A stretch of DNA of 57,172 nt from a virus (lineage: Duplodnaviria > Caudoviricetes), in IMG/VR virus record IMGVR_UViG_3300033182_000558, positions 1-57,172 of that record, one strand, 5' to 3'. Positions 38,775 through 47,691 of the stretch are shown one piece after another. The notes beneath the pieces were generated by a model, which ran no database searches, had not been told where the DNA came from, and saw nothing but the letters and a program-made list of their open reading frames with translations. The stretch's first letter is position 1, and each line of letters starts with the position of its first letter. A program made the translations under genes and the position numbers.

Positions 38775-41351
38775 ATGATAGACCCAAAAGACTTAGGAAA
38801 CGAAATAGGTAAACAAATCATTGAAGCAATAGAAGAAACTTCAGACCAAAGTTCTTTTAATACAACATTAGATGAAATTGTAAAGGATTTTGTAAATGAA
38901 GCATCTTTAAGTAATGTAGGCCCTGATGATGGGCCGGGGTTTATGTATCCTAACTTTGATGCGTATAAAAGGGCTAGTGTTAGTGATAATAAAGGATTAC
39001 TAGACACGGGTTGGGAAATCGTTGACTATATGTTAGATGACGACCAAGAACAAGAATTAAACCCACCGATTTATCCAAATGGGCCGGTTGGTTCTGTTTC
39101 CTATTTCCCATCGGGTGATATTGGTGTAACAACACCTACAAACCAAGAGGACATCTACGGTGTTCAGGCATATAATAAGTGGAAAAAACACGTTATGAAT
39201 ATGTTAAAGTCTTTGGGTTGGGAGATAAAACAATCTAAACAACAAGAACGACTTACAAAAAAATTATCAGTTGATTCCGCAAAATCTATAAAAAACCAAC
39301 CTGTAAAAGATAGAACTAAGGGGGTACAAAAAGCAATTGACTTGGAAGAGTCATTGATGAACGAAATACCATATTCAGATTTAAAGAAAATAGACAACTA
39401 CGCAGACTCACAACTCAACCCCGTAGATGTGGTATTGACAGGTAGACACTTCTTTGACCGACTACAAGACCCAAGAAACAAAAAAGAAATATCACAAGCA
39501 GAACTTATTGGATTTTTCAAAAGACTATCAAAAAAGAAGAAAGACTTTTTAGAGTTTATAAAAAAATACGACCAAATAGTTGCAAAAGACAACCGAACTA
39601 AACTTAATATTCCATTTATGAAACAAGCGAACAAAGTAATCGCTAAAACCATAATGAGAAAAGATGACTTTAAAACATCTAATCCATCGTTTCATTTTGA
39701 ATCCATACACACACTTCCTGATTCACTTGGTATAGACAGAAGTAAGATGCCACAAATCAAGTCAACATTGATGGGTGACTACATACGATACATTGATGAT
39801 ATGGGTGTTAGAGTTAGAAAAAAGAAACTACCAATATCTACACTCAAAAATACACAAGGACATCTAAACAAAAAGAAAATTCAAGGACTATTACAAAAAG
39901 GTGGAAAGGAAAGTTTACAGAAACCGTTTATAATTTCATCTGACAATTACATACTTGACGGACACCATCGTGCAAACGCCCTATACAATATTGATGATAA
40001 ACATAGAGCGAATGTAATACAAATAAACTTACCTATAAAGAAACTCATACAAGTTACTCACGATTTCAGTAAAGTAAAATACAAAGACATAGATGAGAGT
40101 TATACTATGGAGGTGTATATTGAGGATACACCATACGCGGGTATACTTGAGAATATGTTTATTGGAAAAGAAAATACAAAAATTGAAGAAAGTATTGGAC
40201 TTTCTCTAAATGAATCCGTATATTCTAGTGAAGAAATGATTTTAGACACCGACAAAGACATTTTCTCTGAAATGGTAATTCAACAAACATTAGGTATTTT
40301 GTCAGAAAGTGGAGCATTGCCGGGAGTAACTCAAGTACCATCATCTGTCGCAGACAAGGTAGTGGGTGAGTTTATTAAAAAAGTATTACAACCACTAAAC
40401 ATCGTAAAGGTGGATAGTGTGGTTGGGTTAGGTAGTACTCGTGCTATTCTAAAGAAACTACCTACGGCTAAAAAGATGAGTGGTGATTTAGACTTACTTG
40501 CTATTGCTAAACAAGATAGTAGAAGTGCGGTGGGTAAGTTGGTTAGTTGGGCTCAAAAAAGAGATTATGATTATCAAGTCGCTTTTGGAAACATATTTAG
40601 TGTCGCATATCCATTTGGTAAAAGTAAATATCAAGTTGATTTGATGATTTCACAACCATCGGAAGAAGATGAGGTGTATAACTATATGAGAAAGTTTAAA
40701 TACTTTTCAGACGAAGACCCATCACAAAAAGGAGATTTTATACTCAAAGGAGCACACAGGTCTGAATTGGCTAAAACAGTTGTGAAGGCTATGGGTTTAA
40801 GTGCAGCTGAGAGTGGATTTAAACAATTCAAGTGGAATGACAAATACAATGATGTAAATACAATTGCAGACACACTTGAAAAGAAGGCTAGTAGATTTAG
40901 AGATAAGGACAAACAACAACAAACATTAGAACTTGTTGATTTATTACGAAACAAAATCAAAGACATTCGTAAACTAAAAAAGTATTTGGTAGACCAAGAC
41001 GATTTACTCAAAGACCGTTACCCTAGTTCATTGTTTAAAAGTGTTCCAAAAGCATTTGACCTTATGATTGATATGTTATTCAGTAAGGAAAACACCCCTG
41101 AAACTTGGGAGAAGGTATTAGACCGAAAGTTTAAAGTATCAAACGCTATTGAACGAATGAATAAGTTTGATGATGTTATGAATATAATGAAAGAACTTCT
41201 AAAAAAACGACTGATTACTCCTCGTGGTGTATTGGGTGTATTTACCGAAATGAAGAAAAACTTTGATACAGGTAAAGCGGCCGCCAAGTGGAATAGGTCA
41301 TTAGAAGAATACATAGAAAAACAATTCCCTTTCCTTAAAAACAGATGGTAA
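38775..41351 (+). CDS. Multidomain protein: unknown N-domain + putative RegB/RelE-fold module + ParB/Srx-like domain + Pol-beta-type nucleotidyltransferase domain
   Basis: HFFDRLQDPR...AKTIMRK; TQ...PFIISSDNYILDGHHR (ParB-N); GLGS...SGDLDLL...QVDLMI (NTase hGS-DxD-D). Confidence 0.6.
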   Translation: MIDPKDLGNEIGKQIIEAIEETSDQSSFNTTLDEIVKDFVNEASLSNVGPDDGPGFMYPNFDAYKRASVSDNKGLLDTGWEIVDYMLDDDQEQELNPPIYPNGPVGSVSYFPSGDIGVTTPTNQEDIYGVQAYNKWKKHVMNMLKSLGWEIKQSKQQERLTKKLSVDSAKSIKNQPVKDRTKGVQKAIDLEESLMNEIPYSDLKKIDNYADSQLNPVDVVLTGRHFFDRLQDPRNKKEISQAELIGFFKRLSKKKKDFLEFIKKYDQIVAKDNRTKLNIPFMKQANKVIAKTIMRKDDFKTSNPSFHFESIHTLPDSLGIDRSKMPQIKSTLMGDYIRYIDDMGVRVRKKKLPISTLKNTQGHLNKKKIQGLLQKGGKESLQKPFIISSDNYILDGHHRANALYNIDDKHRANVIQINLPIKKLIQVTHDFSKVKYKDIDESYTMEVYIEDTPYAGILENMFIGKENTKIEESIGLSLNESVYSSEEMILDTDKDIFSEMVIQQTLGILSESGALPGVTQVPSSVADKVVGEFIKKVLQPLNIVKVDSVVGLGSTRAILKKLPTAKKMSGDLDLLAIAKQDSRSAVGKLVSWAQKRDYDYQVAFGNIFSVAYPFGKSKYQVDLMISQPSEEDEVYNYMRKFKYFSDEDPSQKGDFILKGAHRSELAKTVVKAMGLSAAESGFKQFKWNDKYNDVNTIADTLEKKASRFRDKDKQQQTLELVDLLRNKIKDIRKLKKYLVDQDDLLKDRYPSSLFKSVPKAFDLMIDMLFSKENTPETWEKVLDRKFKVSNAIERMNKFDDVMNIMKELLKKRLITPRGVLGVFTEMKKNFDTGKAAAKWNRSLEEYIEKQFPFLKNRW

Positions 41352-42805
41352 TGAAAAAACTTGATATACTTACGTATGACATCTTAACAGAAGACATTGT
41401 AAAGATGGATAAAATCATTCATTTAGATGAAATGTCTACCGATGACTTTATCAACTTTGTAAAATCATTTGTCAACATTGAAAACAGAGATGTTGAGATA
41501 AGTGAGAAAATTGATGGTATGAACTTTTCGTTTGGACTTGACAATGACAATAAGTTTTACAGTAAGACCAAATCATCTAAACCTGTAACCGACCCATCGG
41601 TGTATGGTGATTTTAGTTTCTTACAAGGCATTAAAGACTATCACAATATTCTAAAATCAAACTCACGTATTCTTAAAACTGTAAAAGATATGGTTAGTGG
41701 GTTTGAGAAAAAGGATAAACCATTTACTTTACAAGTATTTGGAGAACTCCTACCATCTTCACAGACCAACATTGTGAAGTATGATAAGAGTAAGATTGGT
41801 AATGGTGCGATTGTATTGTTTGATGTAAAAGTTGACGGACAGTCAATACTAAACAAACCATACAGTAAAAAAGTATTTAACAGTTTAGCCACACAACTAA
41901 ATGACAAGGGTGGTTGGAAGGTATATGAAAAACCACTTCTAAAACCCGATAAGTTTAAGTTTGATGTCTACCATCTAATTACATTAGAAGAGTTGTACAG
42001 GAAGTATTTTGACATCCTAAAGTCACGTAAACGTGCAGACAAACCTACAAAGGAAAAGGCTAAACGAGTGATACAGTCGTTAATGGATAGTATCAAACGA
42101 CAGTTTATGAAAAATATGATTATGAACCGACAGTCTGTATTGGGGAATGTAGAACCTGAAGGATTGATACTACGAGATTTCAGTAACAACTTATTAGTAA
42201 AACTTGTAGATAAAGACGCGTTCACTCAAGCCAATCAAGCAGGTTCTCAATATATCAAAGATGTTATGATGGCGGTTAAAAAAGTGAATACCAATATAAA
42301 GAATGATATATTTGGTAATGCTGATATTATGAAGAACTTTGCGAAAGTTATAGAGAAATCAGTAGATTGGGCATTTACACAAAAACAATCAGACCCTAAC
42401 TTTAAAGTTAAATCATTGGACGATGTATTAAAAGTTGCGTATAATGATATGGTGGAGGAAAAACGAATCAAATACACTGCACCTCAAGCATTATCCAAGA
42501 CAGTAAAATATCTCAAAGAATTACGTAAAGAGATTGTAAAATCAATGAAAGAATTAGAGGACGGTAAGGATGATATACCTGAATCAAAATACATCATTAG
42601 TAAAGAAAAAATGGAATCATACCGAGATTCTGTGGACGGAACCGTTAGTGATTTACAATCATTACCGAAGGGTGAGGGTATAAAGGTTTATTTAACGATT
42701 ATCTCATTCGTATTCGGCCCTTATAAAATTAGAGAACTTAAAAAACAGTTTAACCTATCAGAAGGTTTGACTACAAAGAGATTGGGAACAATAATAATAA
42801 AATAG
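41345..42805 (+). CDS. RNA ligase (Rnl2-like) / ATP-dependent ligase-fold nucleotidyltransferase
   Basis: Motif I SEKIDG, III VFGEL, IIIa VLFDV, IV EGLIL, V LVKLV. Confidence 0.7.
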   Translation: MVMKKLDILTYDILTEDIVKMDKIIHLDEMSTDDFINFVKSFVNIENRDVEISEKIDGMNFSFGLDNDNKFYSKTKSSKPVTDPSVYGDFSFLQGIKDYHNILKSNSRILKTVKDMVSGFEKKDKPFTLQVFGELLPSSQTNIVKYDKSKIGNGAIVLFDVKVDGQSILNKPYSKKVFNSLATQLNDKGGWKVYEKPLLKPDKFKFDVYHLITLEELYRKYFDILKSRKRADKPTKEKAKRVIQSLMDSIKRQFMKNMIMNRQSVLGNVEPEGLILRDFSNNLLVKLVDKDAFTQANQAGSQYIKDVMMAVKKVNTNIKNDIFGNADIMKNFAKVIEKSVDWAFTQKQSDPNFKVKSLDDVLKVAYNDMVEEKRIKYTAPQALSKTVKYLKELRKEIVKSMKELEDGKDDIPESKYIISKEKMESYRDSVDGTVSDLQSLPKGEGIKVYLTIISFVFGPYKIRELKKQFNLSEGLTTKRLGTIIIK

Positions 42806-42807
42806 TT

Positions 42808-43413
42808 ATGAATAAAAAAAATGTTGATGCATTAAAATCTATCCTATCAGGAAAAGATGTTGAAAAAGGTATTCAGGTTGGTTATACAGGGACACCAAAA
42901 CAAACCAAACCAAGTGGAGATGGTAAAGAGATTGGGGAGGTATGGACGGAAAATGGAAAGACTTGGGAAAAGACAAAGACAGGTGTACACCGAAAAAGTG
43001 TGTTACAGTCTGCAAGAATACCTATGTTTTGTCCTAAATGTGAAAAGGTAATGAAAGGGCAAAAAGACACAAAGGCATTTTACTCCAACGGTACTTGTTT
43101 AAACTGTTTAGTTGACCATCACGAAGAGTTACGAAAAGAAGGTAGATTAGACGAGGTGATGTTCAAGAAAAGAATACAGAACGCTCAATCGTGGTTAAAC
43201 GAACAGTACCAACAGTTAAACGAATATATGAGTAAAGAAAACTACAATCCCGAGTTTGTTTTATCAGACGGTAGTATAGAAAAGTGGGAAGTGGATGGTA
43301 ACATTTCACAAATAATTGATAGTTATAAGGAGTGGTTACAAGAATTTGAAGATAACCTACAAGAATCAATTAAAGAATATGAACAAACCTACGACAAAAA
43401 GTTTAACGAATAA
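42808..43413 (+). CDS. Hypothetical protein with zinc-finger-like CxxC...CxxC
   Basis: FCPKC...CLNC. Confidence 0.65.
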   Translation: MNKKNVDALKSILSGKDVEKGIQVGYTGTPKQTKPSGDGKEIGEVWTENGKTWEKTKTGVHRKSVLQSARIPMFCPKCEKVMKGQKDTKAFYSNGTCLNCLVDHHEELRKEGRLDEVMFKKRIQNAQSWLNEQYQQLNEYMSKENYNPEFVLSDGSIEKWEVDGNISQIIDSYKEWLQEFEDNLQESIKEYEQTYDKKFNE

Positions 43414-43777
43414 GGAACTTTTACAAAATTTAGTTGACCGTTTAGATACGATTGAAAAACATATGCCGAATGGTGAGATGGTGGTGATAATGAACCACAT
43501 TGAAACTATGATGGAGAAACAAGAGAAAATGTATCAAGACCTATCTGAAATGAAAAAAACATTGTTGAACCCCGACAATGGTGTCGTTGTACGGGTAAAT
43601 AAAAACACAGAGTTCAGAGAAGAACAAGAAGATAAAGAACGAGATTTTGATAAACTATTCAGAGAACATTACCAACTAATGACATTCAAATCTAACATTA
43701 CAAAGTTTTTATGGTTGATATTATCATCCATCACCGCAAGTATTGTAATGTTATGGACTAAAATATTTAACTCATAA
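43379..43777 (+). CDS. Coiled-coil protein with C-terminal transmembrane helix (holin-like?)
   Basis: C-terminal FLWLILSSITASIVMLWTKIF; near a spanin-like gene. Confidence 0.5.
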   Translation: MNKPTTKSLTNKELLQNLVDRLDTIEKHMPNGEMVVIMNHIETMMEKQEKMYQDLSEMKKTLLNPDNGVVVRVNKNTEFREEQEDKERDFDKLFREHYQLMTFKSNITKFLWLILSSITASIVMLWTKIFNS

Positions 43778-43802
43778 CTATATTTATAGAAAAAGGAAAA
43801 CT

Positions 43803-43997
43803 ATGAAATATTCTAAATTAAAAGAATTAGTATCACAATTAGTAGAAGAAGAACAAACAAAATATCAAAAGTTCTTTCAAGCTGCTCTTAAAAAGTTTGG
43901 TGTAAACTCACCTGCAGACTTTGAGAGTGAAGAAAAGAAAAAAGAGTTCTTCAATTACGTTGATAATAATTACGACGCAGAAAATGAAACTGACTAA
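43803..43997 (+). CDS. Small conserved head-associated protein
   Basis: YQKFFQAALKKFGVNSPA...KKKEFFNYVD, preceded by LVEEE and an upstream ATATTTATA box. Confidence 0.65.
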   Translation: MKYSKLKELVSQLVEEEQTKYQKFFQAALKKFGVNSPADFESEEKKKEFFNYVDNNYDAENETD

Positions 43998-44250
43998 ACG
44001 TGAGTTAAGACAAATCATCCGAGAAGAGTTGTCGTTGGTTGTAGAAGCCGACGCAAAACAACTTATTAAGAAATCGGGTGGTAGTGAAAAGAAATTCTAT
44101 GACTTATTGTCTAATACTGAAAACAGTATGGGGGATGATAAGTATTATAAATGGTTATCTTCGGAACTTAAAAAAGTTGGAGTTAGTAAAAAAGTGGATA
44201 AGTATTCACAAGCAGACTCCGAAGAAACATTATACAAAAAACTAAAATAG
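43984..44250 (+). CDS. Hypothetical protein with MKLTKRELRQIIREE leader
   Basis: ATG 43984. This type of amphipathic N-terminal leader is common in head-region proteins of large T4-like phages. Confidence 0.65.
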   Translation: MKLTKRELRQIIREELSLVVEADAKQLIKKSGGSEKKFYDLLSNTENSMGDDKYYKWLSSELKKVGVSKKVDKYSQADSEETLYKKLK

Positions 44251-44259
44251 GAAAATAAA

Positions 44260-44466
44260 ATGGCAAATTGGGAAGTATTTGATGTCAACCAAACCAAAGT
44301 CGGTGATATGACACAAGACGAGGTTGATGCAAGATTATTTGATAGTGCATCTTTGGATGGATTACATTACTTTTTTTATGATGAAAATATTTACGTAGGG
44401 TTATCCGACATAGAGGGTAGTGAAAATATTAGAGTCGTAAAACAAGTAGAAGACGGTGGTGAATAA
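44260..44466 (+). CDS. Small acidic hypothetical protein
   Basis: 68-aa ORF with AGGA upstream. Confidence 0.6.
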   Translation: MANWEVFDVNQTKVGDMTQDEVDARLFDSASLDGLHYFFYDENIYVGLSDIEGSENIRVVKQVEDGGE

Positions 44467-44530
44467 TCAAGACGACACCACCGAAGAAGAATTAGTAAAA
44501 GAGTTAGAAGACTTTTTAGATGAATAAGTT

Positions 44531-45223
44531 ATGTTTAAGTTTTTTAGAAAATATTGGAAAGAACTTGTAATCATTGGGTTGGTTATTCAGGTTGTCGCGT
44601 ATTCCAATATTTTGGGAAACCGTGATGATGAGTTCCAAGTGGTACAAGTCAACGGAAAAGATTATGAGTTACTTTCACAAGAGATAGACACAGTTGTTGT
44701 AGAAAAAGAAGTAACGGTTACAAAGTATGTACCAAAGACAGTTTATAGAACAGACACGGTACGAGTGGAAATACCGAGTGATGTTGATACTACCGCTATA
44801 TTAGACGATTACTTCGCATCCTACACCGTATTGGATACACTTAAATTAGATTATGACTTTCCTGACGCCATTACTGATGAAACGGGTAATCAACCACCAT
44901 CTACATTGGGGTTTGGTATTTTAACAGACGTAATCTCACAAAACAAAATACAAAGTAGAAATGTAAAATGGACATTTCAGGTTCCAACTGTATACAATAC
45001 AACTATTGTAAAGGAACTACCAAAGAATGAGTTTTACATTGGAACGGGTCTTGGGTATAACAAAACAGACTTTTTAGGTTCTGTCAATATAGGGTTAGGT
45101 TGGAAGACCAAAAAACAAAGACTACTTATATTAGAAGGTGGGGTTACTAATGATACTTACGGTGAACTAACAGAATACAACCCATACCTATCATTGTCAT
45201 ATTATATAAAGTTAGGTAAATAA
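44531..45223 (+). CDS. Membrane-anchored protein, possible spanin-like lysis accessory
   Basis: N-terminal TM helix, DTV-rich linker, C-terminal amphipathic beta strands (FYIGTGLGY...YLSLSYYIKLGK). Confidence 0.5.
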   Translation: MFKFFRKYWKELVIIGLVIQVVAYSNILGNRDDEFQVVQVNGKDYELLSQEIDTVVVEKEVTVTKYVPKTVYRTDTVRVEIPSDVDTTAILDDYFASYTVLDTLKLDYDFPDAITDETGNQPPSTLGFGILTDVISQNKIQSRNVKWTFQVPTVYNTTIVKELPKNEFYIGTGLGYNKTDFLGSVNIGLGWKTKKQRLLILEGGVTNDTYGELTEYNPYLSLSYYIKLGK

Positions 45224-46807
45224 ATGAGTGACGTAAATTACAAACGAATTATACAACAAGAGTATATAAAGGCGGCACAAGACCCTGTGTATTTCTTTAG
45301 AAAGTATATGACGATTGCTCACCCAACCAAAGGTAGTATCAAGTTTGACCTATACCGTTTTCAGGAACTCGCATTTAAGGAACTCATAAATAACGATTAT
45401 AATATTATCCTTAAAGCTAGACAGATGGGTATATCCACGTTGACGGCGGGATATGCGTTATGGATGATGTTATTTCAGAAAAACAAAAAAGTATTGGTAA
45501 TTGCTACAAAACAGGATGTGGCTAAAAACTTGGTAAGTAAAGTAAGATATGCACACGAAAACTTACCCAAGTGGTTACAAAACAAAACAATTGAAGACAA
45601 CCGATTATCGTTAAAGTTTGGTAATGGGTCAGAGATTAAAGCCATCTCAAGTTCACCTGATGCTGGTCGTTCGGAATCTCTTTCCCTTTTGATATTAGAT
45701 GAGGCCGCTTTTATAGAACACATTGATGCAATATGGGCCGCTTCTCAACAAACACTAGCCACAGGTGGTAAGTGTATAGCACTTTCTACTCCCAATGGTA
45801 TGGGTAATTGGTTTCACCGAATGTGGGTAGGGGCTAAAGAAGGGGACAATAAGTTTAATCCAATCAACTTACATTGGAGTTTACACCCCGATAGAGGACA
45901 AGAATGGAGAGATGAACAAGATAGTATTTTGGGTGTAAAACTAGCTGCTCAAGAATGTGACTGTGACTTTATATCATCGGGTCAAACGGTGATTGAGGGT
46001 GCGGTGTTGAAGTGGTATAAAGATAATCATATTAAAGACCCAATAGAGAAACGTGGTAGAGATGGGGGTTTGTGGTTATGGGAATATCCTGATTATTCAT
46101 TAGACTATTTAATTACTGCTGACGTTGCGAGGGGTGATGGACAAGATTACTCTGCCTTTCACATAATGGAAGTAGAGAGTATGAGACAAGTTGGTTCATA
46201 CAAGGGTAAGGTGGAAACAAAAGAATATGGTAGAATACTCAACTCTATTGGTAGAGAATACAATAACGCACTACTTGTAGTGGAGAACGCGAATATTGGG
46301 TGGGCGGTATTACAAGAGTTGATTGATTTGGACTATCCAAACATCTTTTACTCATCAGCAGATATGCAAGTAGTAGATGTTCATTATAGTTACGTGAATA
46401 AAAAACATCAAAATTATGATAATCCTACCAAGCCAGGATTTACAACTTCATCTAAAACCCGACCTATGTTGATTTCTAAACTTGATGAATATGTTAGAAA
46501 GAAACAAGTTGAGATTGTTGATGAACGATTGATAGATGAACTATTTACATTTATTTGGTTGGGTCAACGTGCCGAGGCTATGAGAGGATATAATGATGAC
46601 TTGGTAATGAGTTACGCCATCGCACTTTGGGTTCGGGACACCGCCCTACGGTTACGACAAGAAGGAATTGAATTGACAAAACAATCTCTAAATTATATGA
46701 AGAAATCATCCACACCCGTATATTCATCCAATAGTATTTCAGGGGGAGACCCATACAAACAAGTGGTCAATGGAGAAGAAATAGATATTCGTTGGTTATT
46801 TAATTAG
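45224..46807 (+). CDS. gp17: Terminase large subunit (T4 gp17-like)
   Basis: LYRFQ, KARQMGIST (Walker A), LLILDEAAF (Walker B), STPNG, ITADVARG, NDDLVM. Confidence 0.96.
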   Translation: MSDVNYKRIIQQEYIKAAQDPVYFFRKYMTIAHPTKGSIKFDLYRFQELAFKELINNDYNIILKARQMGISTLTAGYALWMMLFQKNKKVLVIATKQDVAKNLVSKVRYAHENLPKWLQNKTIEDNRLSLKFGNGSEIKAISSSPDAGRSESLSLLILDEAAFIEHIDAIWAASQQTLATGGKCIALSTPNGMGNWFHRMWVGAKEGDNKFNPINLHWSLHPDRGQEWRDEQDSILGVKLAAQECDCDFISSGQTVIEGAVLKWYKDNHIKDPIEKRGRDGGLWLWEYPDYSLDYLITADVARGDGQDYSAFHIMEVESMRQVGSYKGKVETKEYGRILNSIGREYNNALLVVENANIGWAVLQELIDLDYPNIFYSSADMQVVDVHYSYVNKKHQNYDNPTKPGFTTSSKTRPMLISKLDEYVRKKQVEIVDERLIDELFTFIWLGQRAEAMRGYNDDLVMSYAIALWVRDTALRLRQEGIELTKQSLNYMKKSSTPVYSSNSISGGDPYKQVVNGEEIDIRWLFN

Positions 46808-46835
46808 TAGGATATATTTATATATTAGACAAGTA

Positions 46836-46867
46836 TTTGGAATAATATACAAATAATAGTATCTTTC
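46836..46867 (+). promoter_or_regulatory. Putative Bacteroidota-type housekeeping promoter (-33/-7)
   Basis: TTTG (46836-46839), 20-nt spacer, TATCTTTC (46860-46867), against the consensus TTTG-N19-21-TAnnTTTG. Confidence 0.4.
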
Positions 46868-46870
46868 ACT

Positions 46871-47422
46871 ATGATTATAAAAGAAAATATACAACTAACC
46901 GAAGGTTTAGAATATCACAAAGAAACTAATATCCCACTTGATGAAAACGTATATCGTTTTGGAAGTGCAAATTATTTTAAGTTATACAACGAAGCAAGAA
47001 AACTATACGAACAGGGAAAACTAAAACCCATTGATGAATTAGAAGAGTTTTTCTTAAAGAGTGATATTGGAAAGATTGGGATATACGAAGGTGAAAAAGT
47101 ATTGTTAGACTTCCCAATGCCAATGAAAGAAGCAGAATATCAAGGTAAAGATGTAGAACTAAACAAACCCAAACGTGGTGGTAGTAAAAAGTTCTATGTA
47201 TATGTTAAAGATGGGGATAAGGTAAAGAAAGTTTCATTTGGTGCTGCTGGTGGAGGGGGTAAATTATCTGTAAAATTGAAAGACCCAAAAGCTAGAAAAG
47301 CATTTAGTGACCGACACAACTGTCCTGACAAAACAGATAAGACATCTGCGGGGTATTGGTCGTGCGCCTTGCCGAGATTTGCAAAGCAACTTGGATTGAG
47401 TGGAGGAGGTAGATATTGGTAG
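46871..47422 (+). CDS. Conserved phage head-region protein
   Basis: EAEYQGKDVELNKP...KKVSFG...RKAFSDRHNC...GYWSC. Confidence 0.75.
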   Translation: MIIKENIQLTEGLEYHKETNIPLDENVYRFGSANYFKLYNEARKLYEQGKLKPIDELEEFFLKSDIGKIGIYEGEKVLLDFPMPMKEAEYQGKDVELNKPKRGGSKKFYVYVKDGDKVKKVSFGAAGGGGKLSVKLKDPKARKAFSDRHNCPDKTDKTSAGYWSCALPRFAKQLGLSGGGRYW

Positions 47423-47691
47423 ACCCATACACAGATAATCAAATCACCGATGATGTAAGAGTACGAGTATTTGATACTGACATTGATGAAGACGAGTTGG
47501 TATGGCATCGGGATAAACGAAATAGGGTCGTTGAGATATTAGACGGTGAAGGTTGGATGTTTCAGTTTGAAGACGGAATACCTTTTCCAATGAAAAAAGG
47601 AGATAAGTTAGAAATAACAAAAGAACAATACCACAGAGTAATTAAAGGTGATACACCGTTAAAAATTAAAATAACAGAATATGGCAGATAA
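47416..47691 (+). CDS. Small cupin-like conserved phage protein
   Basis: LVWHRD...GEGWMFQ...YHRVIKG; TTG start. Confidence 0.7.
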   Translation: MVDPYTDNQITDDVRVRVFDTDIDEDELVWHRDKRNRVVEILDGEGWMFQFEDGIPFPMKKGDKLEITKEQYHRVIKGDTPLKIKITEYGR

